Assembly: GCA_038206175.1 (NCBI GenBank)
Contig: JBBRBE010000002.1
Span: 12,966-76,965, forward strand
Origin: Chloroflexia bacterium
GTDB taxonomy: Bacteria > Chloroflexota > Chloroflexia > Chloroheliales > Chloroheliaceae
DNA: 64,000 bases
Direction of reading: 5' to 3'
Shown here in pieces: positions 1 to 9,830 of the stretch. The notes beneath the pieces are model-generated. The model made no database searches, was not told the DNA's origin, and worked only from the letters and a program-made list of their open reading frames with translations. Both the position numbers and the translations under genes were made by a program. Position 1 is the first letter of the stretch; every line of letters begins with the position of its first letter.

Positions 1-830
1 TCAGTTTGCAACCGGGGCAGGTGCTTTTTGGCCCGGCGTATTACTTCTTTGGGTCGCATCAGTCGGTCGCGTTCGCCCAGCAAGAGCAAAGTCGGGGCTT
101 GCAAACGTTTGAGTTCGAGGTCTTGAAGGGGCAAAAAAGGCTTGGGCAAATGCAGATTTTTGAGAGCCTGCCCAAGCAGGGCGATGCCATCTTCCATCCG
201 GGCCGGGTCGAGCCTGGTTTTGGGGCCAAGCTGAGCCTGGATGTAGCGGCGTAGATTAGCCGGAGTAGGTTTCGCCACCGCCCGTATCCCGCGCCAGTAA
301 ATCTTCCAGGAAGGAAAAGTTGAGAGCGGTACGAATCCCTGGGGGCTGATCAACACGGCCCGCCCGATTAGTTCCGGCGTAAGAGCCGCCGCTTTGAGAA
401 TAACCCAGGCTCCCGCGCCCGTTCCTACAAAGTTGACTCCTTCGCCCAGACCGAGAGCTTGCACCAGGTCGCCCACCCAGTTAGCGTAGTCAGGAGTATC
501 GGGGTCTAGCCGGGCCGGGACGCTCAGGCCCGGCGCACCCGGTAGGTCGGGGGCGTAAAGCCGGAAGTGTGGGGCTAACGCGCCGAACTGATCGGCCCAT
601 TCAAGGCTGCTTCCCAACCGACTGTGTAGCAGCACTACCGACGGAGCATCGCCCGGCCCGGTCGCCAGCACATGGGTAAAACCAGCCCGCGTCGCGACGG
701 TTATTCGTTCGCAGGGTACGGGTAGCCGGGCCAACCGCGCCTCGTGCCATTCTATAAAAGAAGCGTAACCTTCGGCAGATTTATATACACTGGCATAATC
801 GTAGGTTGGCACGTAGGTAGACCCAGGCAT
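1..830 (-). CDS. alpha/beta-fold hydrolase family protein (3'-truncated by window edge)
   Basis: Translated by hand (missing from the ORF track because it runs off the edge): MPGSTYVPTYDY...THVLATGPGDAPSVVLLHS...FRLYAPDLPG...VNFVGTGAGAW...PTLLLLGERD. ATG at 830, AGGAAGG upstream. Confidence 0.85.
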   Translation of the reverse strand, partial: MPGSTYVPTYDYASVYKSAEGYASFIEWHEARLARLPVPCERITVATRAGFTHVLATGPGDAPSVVLLHSRLGSSLEWADQFGALAPHFRLYAPDLPGAPGLSVPARLDPDTPDYANWVGDLVQALGLGEGVNFVGTGAGAWVILKAAALTPELIGRAVLISPQGFVPLSTFPSWKIYWRGIRAVAKPTPANLRRYIQAQLGPKTRLDPARMEDGIALLGQALKNLHLPKPFLPLQDLELKRLQAPTLLLLGERDRLMRPKEVIRRAKKHLPRLQT

Positions 831-842
831 CGGCAAACCTTC

Positions 843-1226
843 CTAAGTCTGGCTTGCAGTCGGTAGACTGAAATGGGGATTTTTGATAAAGCCCAAGATG
901 TTACCAAAGGGGTCAACCACCGAGCCTAGCCGGATATCGTCCCCGACGTCCTGGACTGCGCTATGTTCCCGCGCTCCTAATTCTAGCAGGTGTCTGGCGG
1001 TCGCGTCGGCATCCTCTACCCCCCAATAAGCCAGATGACCGTCGGCCTTATTCCCGGTGGCTTCGGCTTCTTGCGGTTGTAAGCCCAGTTCATAGCCACC
1101 CACATTATAGCCGACGTAGAAAGGTTGATCGAAATAAGGCTCGATACCTAAAAAGGCACTATACCAGGCTTTGGCTTTCTTAATGTCGCTCACGGTGTAA
1201 ATGACAGTTCTTAAACCCTGAAACAT
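843..1226 (-). CDS. VOC/glyoxalase/bleomycin-resistance family protein
   Basis: 127 aa; VIYTVSDIKKAKAWY, YWGVED and DPFGNILG motifs of the VOC fold. Confidence 0.9.
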   Translation of the reverse strand: MFQGLRTVIYTVSDIKKAKAWYSAFLGIEPYFDQPFYVGYNVGGYELGLQPQEAEATGNKADGHLAYWGVEDADATARHLLELGAREHSAVQDVGDDIRLGSVVDPFGNILGFIKNPHFSLPTASQT

Positions 1227-1375
1227 AACAGGTTCTCCTTTCAGAACTAATTCGCTATTACCACAAGCTCTATTATAGAAAGAAAAGTTGACAGGTTCCG
1301 TCAGGATTTCAGCTCAGAGCCAGAGGCTGGGCCGATCCTTCGTGCAAAGGATATGCCCGGCCTCTGGTTGTAGTT

Positions 1376-3493
1376 TTAGCTCTGGCCGATCTTCTCGCGG
1401 TAGGCGAACACTTTCGGGTCAATCTCCGGGAAAGGATTGTCGAGAGCGTTGATCTGGTGGGCTGCTTCGAGTGTCTCGCTGGAAACGCTGCCGTTGCCGC
1501 TTTCGAGACCGTCCGCCAGGGTGTTAAAGCGTTCGGTGTGCGAGTTAAAGCGTTCGATAGCGTAGTCTTTGGCCTGGCCGGTTGTAATCAGGAAAGGCCA
1601 ATCGCTACTTTCGAGCAAGAGCAGTTCGCGGGCCGCCTGTTGCAGCACGAAATAGCTGTCCGGGTCGCTCGTTTCGCCAAATTTAGCCACCAGACCTTCC
1701 ATTCGCCGTTCGGCGGCGTGGATCGGTTTCCAAATCCACTCGTTTTCGTCGTTAAGCCATACAAAGTGGGTTCCCTGCTGGCCCCAGCTACTTTCGGGAA
1801 TTGCCATTACCGTTTCGGGCGGGTGCTTTTCCAGCCAGTCGCTGGCGGTCGTGATCTCGACATTCTCGCTTGCGGCCAGCTTTTTCAGCACGAGCTTGAG
1901 CCAGTCAACGCCCTCGAACCACCAGTGACCGAAAAGCTCGGTGTCGTAGTTACAGGCAATCAGGCCTGGCTTGCCGTTGGCGTCGGCGTATCCGGCCAAC
2001 TGTTCTTCCACCAGTCCCACAAAATGGTCGGAATGTTCCTGGCTGCGGTAGGGCGTCCATTCGGGGTGATAAAATTCCTTCTGGCCCAGGTCAACCTTCG
2101 GGCCGGTGATGCGCCAGTATTGCAACCCGCTCCCGCTATCCTTGCTATGGAATTCGCGGTAATCCCGGTCGCCCGGATAGCCGTATTCGGACGACCAGAC
2201 CTGCATGCCGGTGCGGTTGTTACGGCCAATTACGGCTACATCGGGCCGGACGACCCAATAAGGTTGGAAAGTAGTGTTGTTGGTCTTGGGCAGTTCTTCC
2301 GCCGAAGGAATGACATATTTGCGGGTGACATAGCTATATGGGCCGATGATCGTATCGCCCGCCGCCTTGCCCACCGGCACACCGCCCTCGATAGTATGGG
2401 TTTCGCTAAAGAAAAGGCTGATACCCTGCTCGGCCAGAAAATCCTCGATGCCCGGCTTGAGGTATTGCTGCCCATTCTCGTCCGTGGCGTAGTAGGCCGG
2501 ACGGTAAGCACATTCGGGCAGCCAGATTGCGCGTGGCTTGCGCCCGTAGTGCTTCTGGTACGAAGCCACCGCCGTGGCAAGTTGCCCGAAAATAGTCGAA
2601 TCGCGTTCGACCAGAGGCAAGTAACCGTGGGTAGCCGCGCAAGTAATAATCTCGATCAAGCTTTCGTCTTGCAGAGCGCGGAAGGCTCCCACGATGTCCC
2701 GCCCGTAAGTTTCCAGGAAGCTGGTTTTGATATTAGTGTACCAGTCGCGGTAGTAAATCGCCAGGTAGTGACGCTGTTCGGCGGGAACGGGCGCGGTATC
2801 TTCCGGCTCACCGCTTTCGATTTCCTGGCTGGCCGCTTCAATCGCATCGGCGGCGGAAGGCACATCAATCGCTTCGATCTGGGTCGAAAGCGGAGCCAGA
2901 TCGCCTCTGAGCGGTTCACCGCGCCGGTTAGCGGCAAGTTCCTGCACGGCGGCTTTTTTCAGGTCGGCGGCGGCATCCAGAGCTTGCTTTCCGCTCAGAT
3001 TCAGGTTGACTGTGCGCCGGGGGGCCGGTTCGGACGAAGTGGCCGTAGTGGTAGCCGGGTCGCTCTCAAGACCAGCGATTTCAGCTTTAGTGGTTTCTTC
3101 GGTCTGGGCTTCGGCTTCGGTCTGGGCGCGGATTTTGGCTTCGGCCTGAGCTTGCCGGGCCAGTCGCCGGGCTTCGTCGCGGGCGCGGGTCATCTCTTCG
3201 GACGAGAAACGGGTAATGTCTTTCTCGGCTGCTGCGATCCGCTCGTCCAGGTACTCGACAAAATTTTCTTTGATCAGCCCGTCGGCCAGTTGCTCGGTCA
3301 AAATCGGGGTGATGCCGATAGTCAGCTTGAATGGCACAGCCTCCGACCGTAGCTCGTAGAGGGCGTTGAGCAGCGGAATATAGGTTTCGGCTGCGGCCTC
3401 GTGTATCCATTCCTCTCCGTGCGGCCACCGCCCGGCCTGGCGGCAATAGGGCAGGTGGCTATGCAGGACAAAGGTAAATCCGCCTTTTTTCAT
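1376..3493 (-). CDS. GH57 1,4-alpha-glucan branching enzyme (DUF1957 type) with large N-terminal-region insertion
   Basis: FVLHSHLPY, ATHGYLP, WLPECAY (nucleophile Glu), YDTELFGHWWFEG (acid/base Asp), RELLLLESSDWPF. Confidence 0.93.
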   Translation of the reverse strand: MKKGGFTFVLHSHLPYCRQAGRWPHGEEWIHEAAAETYIPLLNALYELRSEAVPFKLTIGITPILTEQLADGLIKENFVEYLDERIAAAEKDITRFSSEEMTRARDEARRLARQAQAEAKIRAQTEAEAQTEETTKAEIAGLESDPATTTATSSEPAPRRTVNLNLSGKQALDAAADLKKAAVQELAANRRGEPLRGDLAPLSTQIEAIDVPSAADAIEAASQEIESGEPEDTAPVPAEQRHYLAIYYRDWYTNIKTSFLETYGRDIVGAFRALQDESLIEIITCAATHGYLPLVERDSTIFGQLATAVASYQKHYGRKPRAIWLPECAYRPAYYATDENGQQYLKPGIEDFLAEQGISLFFSETHTIEGGVPVGKAAGDTIIGPYSYVTRKYVIPSAEELPKTNNTTFQPYWVVRPDVAVIGRNNRTGMQVWSSEYGYPGDRDYREFHSKDSGSGLQYWRITGPKVDLGQKEFYHPEWTPYRSQEHSDHFVGLVEEQLAGYADANGKPGLIACNYDTELFGHWWFEGVDWLKLVLKKLAASENVEITTASDWLEKHPPETVMAIPESSWGQQGTHFVWLNDENEWIWKPIHAAERRMEGLVAKFGETSDPDSYFVLQQAARELLLLESSDWPFLITTGQAKDYAIERFNSHTERFNTLADGLESGNGSVSSETLEAAHQINALDNPFPEIDPKVFAYREKIGQS

Positions 3494-3707
3494 TTTCTAA
3501 CCAAAATCTCCTTTTTTGCTTCGTTGCGGGTGAACTGCTTTATTTTACTCTAAAACCGGGCAAAAACAAAGTTGTGGCTGGTCTGCTTTCTGGTTTTGAG
3601 GTAGAATAAAGCTAGTCGAAACATTGCTCCGCTACAGGGTGTCCCACTACTGGTTAAAAAAAAGCTTTCTAGTTTAGGAACACGAAAGACTGAACAGGAG
3701 ATAACCC

Positions 3708-4034
3708 ATGAGTGAAAATATCGCGCCGGAAACAGCCCAAGACGACCGTGCGATAGGGGCGCAAATCGAAAAAGTGAGCGGGCTTTTGCAAGAACTGGAA
3801 AAGATGGTAGACCCAACTCAGCACGCTATCTTAACTGACCTTCTGGCAGAGCGGGCCGTGCTATCGGCGATGCGGGCGCGGGTCGAACTGGAAGAAATGC
3901 AAAAGCGCAAAGCTCCTTCCAGCAGTACCAGTGCCGACCCCGGCCAGGCCCAGAGCCTGACGACCGAAGGAGATGCCGCTAAAGCGACCGAAGCAGCCTG
4001 GAATAGTGCTGATACCACGAAAGGAGCCAACTAA
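3708..4034 (+). CDS. hypothetical helical protein
   Basis: 108 aa; AGGAG RBS before ATG; stop lies 1 nt before the next start. Confidence 0.8.
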   Translation: MSENIAPETAQDDRAIGAQIEKVSGLLQELEKMVDPTQHAILTDLLAERAVLSAMRARVELEEMQKRKAPSSSTSADPGQAQSLTTEGDAAKATEAAWNSADTTKGAN

Positions 4035-4035
4035 A

Positions 4036-4980
4036 ATGCCACAGGCTCGTTTTTACGATGCTAACGGCGTGCCGGTGCAAGAACTGGCTGCCGCCGCCGC
4101 CGATTTTTTCCGCCAGGACAACTTTGATACTACCATTCAGGACCAGAGCGGGCGCACAATCTTGCAGATAAACAAGCAGGGTGGCGTGCGTTATGTGTTT
4201 GGTCTGGCGTACAGCCTGACTGTAGTGCTGACGCCTCAGCCGGACGGTCGGGTGCTGGTCGAACTGGGCGGAGAAACCTGGGGCGATAAGATTGCCAGTG
4301 GCGCGATTGGTTGGGTGCTGTTGCCGCCTCTGGTCTTTACCGCCGCTTATGGAGCCTGGAAGCAAAGCGAACTGGACGACCGTTTCTGGGCTTTTATAAA
4401 TGGTTATATCCAGAACCGCAGCGGGCGTTATGCCACTTCGACGGTGGCAGTGCCTTACTACAACCAGGGCCAGGCTGCGCCGCAGGGCAACTGGTTCAAC
4501 CGACTGGAAAACACTTTTGGAGGCGGCTCCGACAATCCTGTCCCGCCAAACTACCAGGGCTACTACCAGAACAATACTTACCAGTATCATCCGCAGGGCC
4601 AACCGCCTGCCCCCTACGCCGTCCCTGCACCGGGTACGGCGGGATGGTCAACTCCTGCGCCCGGCCCTGCCGCGCCTGGTGGGTCAGCCCCGGCCCGTTC
4701 TAGCTGGTTCGATACGGCCAGGATGCAACCGATTTTCGACCAGCAAGTAGGCCGGATGGCAAGCTGGCAGGCGGTGATGGCCGACGGCGTAATCAACTAC
4801 GAGGAATTGAACCACCAGCAAGAGCGGGTCAGTAAGTTGCAAAAGTCGGCGGAAAACTCGCTCGATACGGACGCCCGCCTCAAACTGGCCGAACTCTTGA
4901 ATGAAATGGGCCGCCTGGAAGGGATGCAGCGCACCGCCCTGACCAGTTCTTACGGGCCGCCCTCCGCTGGAACGAAATAA
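4036..4980 (+). CDS. hypothetical membrane-associated protein: N-terminal globular/TM domain, Q/Y/P-rich linker, C-terminal helical domain
   Basis: ORF track 3973..4980; start moved to ATG 4036 (AAGGAG upstream, removes the overlap). Hydrophobic GAIGWVLLPPLVFTAAYGAW segment. Confidence 0.8.
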   Translation: MPQARFYDANGVPVQELAAAAADFFRQDNFDTTIQDQSGRTILQINKQGGVRYVFGLAYSLTVVLTPQPDGRVLVELGGETWGDKIASGAIGWVLLPPLVFTAAYGAWKQSELDDRFWAFINGYIQNRSGRYATSTVAVPYYNQGQAAPQGNWFNRLENTFGGGSDNPVPPNYQGYYQNNTYQYHPQGQPPAPYAVPAPGTAGWSTPAPGPAAPGGSAPARSSWFDTARMQPIFDQQVGRMASWQAVMADGVINYEELNHQQERVSKLQKSAENSLDTDARLKLAELLNEMGRLEGMQRTALTSSYGPPSAGTK

Positions 4981-5004
4981 AGTAAGCCTTAGTTGACCAG
5001 AACC

Positions 5005-5048
5005 AAAAGGCCGGGTAGCTGGAACGCGTTCCAGCTACCCGGCCTTTT
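5005..5048. terminator. bidirectional intrinsic terminator (perfect 44-bp palindrome)
   Basis: AAAAGGCCGGGTAGCTGGAACG|CGTTCCAGCTACCCGGCCTTTT between convergent genes. Confidence 0.85.
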
Positions 5049-5060
5049 TAGGCTTAAACT

Positions 5061-5360
5061 ATAGGCTACAAGTTAAGGTTGTGGCAACTGGTCAAGGTTA
5101 CTCCGCGTCTGACCGCCCTGGAATGAATTACGGGCTGAGGTAAGAATGTCGGAATGAAAACGACAGTTAAAAAGCAAAATTCGAGTATTTAGCAATCGGT
5201 TTCAACCGATTTTGATATCTCAGCCCGGAATTCATTCCAGGGCGGTCCTGGCCGCACACAGGTTTTGAGCGTCAAGGCCAGGGTCTACAACCCGACATTA
5301 GGCTTAAAATCGCCGTTTTGGTACTTGACCAGCTCATCCAAACCTTAAGTTGTAACCTAT
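5061..5360. repeat. nested inverted-repeat element (REP/MITE-like)
   Basis: Outer imperfect IR 5061-5098 / 5322-5360; inner IR 5111-5139 / 5219-5247 (28/29 match); small central palindrome AATCGGTTtcAACCGATT-like at ~5194-5211. Confidence 0.7.
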
Positions 5361-5364
5361 GGGC

Positions 5365-7032
<1,668 letters not shown>

Positions 7033-7318
7033 CTTTTGCCTTCCTCCTGCTCGGTCTGGGCTGAGCTAACATTCATTTGGCGATCTGGTGATTGCCTGAT
7101 AACCGCCATTATAGCCCGAAGGCAGGAGGGAAGGAAAAGCAATTCGCCACGAAGTCTGGCATAACCTTTGCTATTGTTTGTATTTAATTAATTTAGTTTT
7201 AACCTAATTATATAGGTTAGACTAACTTATGCTCAGGCGGCAGGCCCTGATGACTGCCCTGACTTCGGAGCCAGAGATAATTGATTTAAATTGGGATAGT
7301 GAGGAAAGGTGACAATTA

Positions 7319-8488
7319 ATGCGGACAATCACTGACTGGGGCCAGGCTTTTCTAAGTGCCATTGGCGATGCCCTCAGCAAAATATTCAGCTTCTTGCCCG
7401 ATTTAATCGGTGCTTTGCTGATACTGTGGATCGGCTTTATCATCGCTAAAATTTTGGGACGGATTACCGCCGACCTTTTACGTAAAATTCGCTTTAACCA
7501 GGCTGCCGATAAAGCCGGACTGAGCCGTTTCGTGCAGTCGGCAGGGGTCAAGCAGGATGCCAGTGGCGTAATGGGCGAGATTGTAAAGTGGTTCTTCCGC
7601 ATTATCGCCCTGGTCGCGGCTTTTAGCGTGCTGCAACTGCCCGCTCTGACCGCCGCCCTGACCGGCATTTTGAATTTCATTCCTAACCTGGCGATTGCGC
7701 TCGTAATCGTGCTGATCGGGGGCCTTCTGGCAAATTTTGTAGCCGATTTTATCAAAGGCGCACTCAGCCAGGCTGGTTTGGGCAATGCCGGGCTGTTCGC
7801 TAATATCGCCCGTTCTGCCATTATTTATGTCGCGGCGGTGGCGGCCCTCGGCCAGATCGGGGTAGCCTCGACCGTCATCAATACTTTATGGATCGGCACC
7901 GTGGCTGCGCTGGCCCTGGCTCTCGGTCTGGCGTTTGGCCTGGGTGGGCGCGACACGGCAGCGAAGTTGCTCGATAATGCCTACACCAAAACTCAGCAGA
8001 ATTTGCCCAGAATGTCCGAAGCGGTGAAGCAGAGGGCGCAGCAAAGCAGCCAGCGATTGCCCAGCCCGCAATCGCAACCGACCCAGACCTATAATCCGAA
8101 CCAGACTTATCCGCAGCCTACCCAGAGCTATGCCGCCGGTAGCACCGGTTATACTCAGCCGCAGGGTCAGCCCCAACCGCGTCCGCAAGCGCAGCCCCAA
8201 CCGCAGCAGCGTCCGCAGGGTCAGCCGCAAGTTTATAATACGCCTGACCAGGGCTATTACGCCGGTGGGCAGGGTCAGGGCCAGGGCCAGCAGAGCGGGC
8301 AAGGCGGTTACTACAACCCGCCTCCTCCTCAGCAGCCCGGACAAAGTGGCGACCCACGCGGTTACAATTCACAGGATCGTACTCTTCCCAGCACCGACTA
8401 CCGCACTTACGGTCAGGGTCAGGGCCGAGGGCAAGGGCAGGATCAGGATGACCCGCAGTTCCGCCCCGACTCGAATTATCCGCAGTAG
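7319..8488 (+). CDS. MscS-associated TM-helix (CmpX-like) membrane protein with long Q/G/P/Y-rich C-terminal tail
   Basis: Repeated FLPDLIGALLIL / FIPNLAIALVIV helices; ALALGLAFGLGGRD motif; GAGGAAAGG RBS. Confidence 0.85.
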   Translation: MRTITDWGQAFLSAIGDALSKIFSFLPDLIGALLILWIGFIIAKILGRITADLLRKIRFNQAADKAGLSRFVQSAGVKQDASGVMGEIVKWFFRIIALVAAFSVLQLPALTAALTGILNFIPNLAIALVIVLIGGLLANFVADFIKGALSQAGLGNAGLFANIARSAIIYVAAVAALGQIGVASTVINTLWIGTVAALALALGLAFGLGGRDTAAKLLDNAYTKTQQNLPRMSEAVKQRAQQSSQRLPSPQSQPTQTYNPNQTYPQPTQSYAAGSTGYTQPQGQPQPRPQAQPQPQQRPQGQPQVYNTPDQGYYAGGQGQGQGQQSGQGGYYNPPPPQQPGQSGDPRGYNSQDRTLPSTDYRTYGQGQGRGQGQDQDDPQFRPDSNYPQ

Positions 8489-8507
8489 TAAGGCCGTACA
8501 AACTTAA

Positions 8508-8552
8508 AAAGAAAAAGCGGCTCAGGTTTCGCACCTGGGCCGCTTTTTCTTT
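8508..8552. terminator. bidirectional intrinsic terminator
   Basis: AAAGAAAAAGCGGCTCAGG-loop-CCTGGGCCGCTTTTTCTTT between convergent genes. Confidence 0.85.
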
Positions 8553-8610
8553 TATACGCGAATTTGTAAAGCCAGGCCGGTACCAGGGTAGCAAGCTTAA
8601 AAGCTCAGGT

Positions 8611-9627
8611 TTATTCCGGTAGCTTGAACTGAGCCGCCTGAAACTTATTGTGACCTTCGATCCGCTTGAGGTCAGCCAGCAGGCTTTCGGCTTCTTCCTC
8701 ACTCTCGGCTTCGGCTAACGCAATCAATTTGGCGGAGTTCTGCACGTAGCCTTGCTCTCGCTCGGTGGCCCAGCGGTTGAACTCCTCCGGCCCGGTGGGA
8801 GCCTGACCCAGAAATGGCTCGTCGAAATCTAGCTCCATGTTTGGGTGCGCGTCTTCGTCCAGTTCCGCCACTGCCTCCGAAAGCGTACCCAGGTGGGTCA
8901 TGTGCCAGACTGCCCGGTCGCTGATCAGGTGGTTGCGCTGGTCGAGGTTTTTGCTGACGAAAGCCTGATGCAAGTAGAGCAAAACCGTTTCGTACTCGCT
9001 TTCAATGCGTGAATTGAGCATTTTAACCAGCGGGTGATCGTCGCGGCCCTCCGCTTCGAGGTCGGCAGGAACGGCCTGTCCGCCCGCGTTAAGTTCGAGG
9101 TCTTGCGAGGCCGGGTTAGGGTCCTGGTTCCAGGGGCCGGTATCTTCGGGGGCGACTTTCTTTTCCGGGTTGCCGCCCATTTCGCTGATAAAGCCCTTGA
9201 ACATTCCCTGATGAAACAGTTCGTCCATCAGGATGCGTTCCAGATAGAGTTTGACTTTAGGGTGATCAATCGCCTCGATGTGCGCCCGGTACTGGTCAAT
9301 GGCTCGTTGCTCGGCCTCGACATCCAGCGAGAGCAGGTCGGTCGTCGAGGGGCCGTCCAGAAAAACCGGGTCGCGTTGCATGGTCGGGTCTCCGCCAAAT
9401 TCAACTACCAGTTCGCCCAGCCAGCGAAAATGCCGCATTTCGTCGCGGGCAATCCCTTCGATTTCAGGGCTAACGTCACTTTCGTCACCAATCTTGTAGG
9501 CGTGTTGCAAATACTGGATGATTGCGGCGTGTTCGCCTTTCATATCGTCTATCAAAAGAGCTGCAATTTCTGCGTTAGTAGCGGCTTTTTTGATGGTACC
9601 AGCCTGGTCTTCGCTTGTATAGGCCAT
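8611..9627 (-). CDS. tandem ferritin-like domain protein
   Basis: Domain 1: GEHAAIIQY, DEMRH, EAEQRAIDQY, DELFH (di-iron ligands). Domain 2 is a similar four-helix repeat with altered ligands. Confidence 0.85.
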   Translation of the reverse strand: MAYTSEDQAGTIKKAATNAEIAALLIDDMKGEHAAIIQYLQHAYKIGDESDVSPEIEGIARDEMRHFRWLGELVVEFGGDPTMQRDPVFLDGPSTTDLLSLDVEAEQRAIDQYRAHIEAIDHPKVKLYLERILMDELFHQGMFKGFISEMGGNPEKKVAPEDTGPWNQDPNPASQDLELNAGGQAVPADLEAEGRDDHPLVKMLNSRIESEYETVLLYLHQAFVSKNLDQRNHLISDRAVWHMTHLGTLSEAVAELDEDAHPNMELDFDEPFLGQAPTGPEEFNRWATEREQGYVQNSAKLIALAEAESEEEAESLLADLKRIEGHNKFQAAQFKLPE

Positions 9628-9736
9628 TTACACAACTCCTTCTATCGTTTGTTTTGTTTGCTTTTTGCAAAAGTCACGCTAGTATAACTCAGGCCAGGCC
9701 GAGCGTAAACCCCCAGATGGGGTTCGTAAAAAAGCA

Positions 9737-9773
9737 AAAAGGCGAGACACATTTTACTTGCGTCTCGCCTTTT
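9737..9773 (-). terminator. intrinsic terminator downstream of opgC
   Basis: AAAAGGCGAGAC...GTCTCGCCTTTT. Confidence 0.75.
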
Positions 9774-9830
9774 GTCTTGTTTCAAACCTTCCTAAATCCG
9801 CCGCTACAAGTTTCAAAGCGGCTACAAAGT

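Noticed and set aside
6-254. 82-aa + strand ORF
   Set aside because: The real gene is the minus-strand alpha/beta hydrolase covering the same bases.
1457-3352. 631-aa + strand ORF
   Set aside because: Antisense shadow of GH57; no motifs. Expected in GC-rich coding DNA.
5061-5360. Autonomous IS element
   Set aside because: Too short and has no transposase ORF; kept only as a non-autonomous candidate.
7033-7200. Cobalamin riboswitch upstream of methylmalonyl-CoA mutase
   Set aside because: No B12 box or GGGAA..GGTG core; the leader is short.
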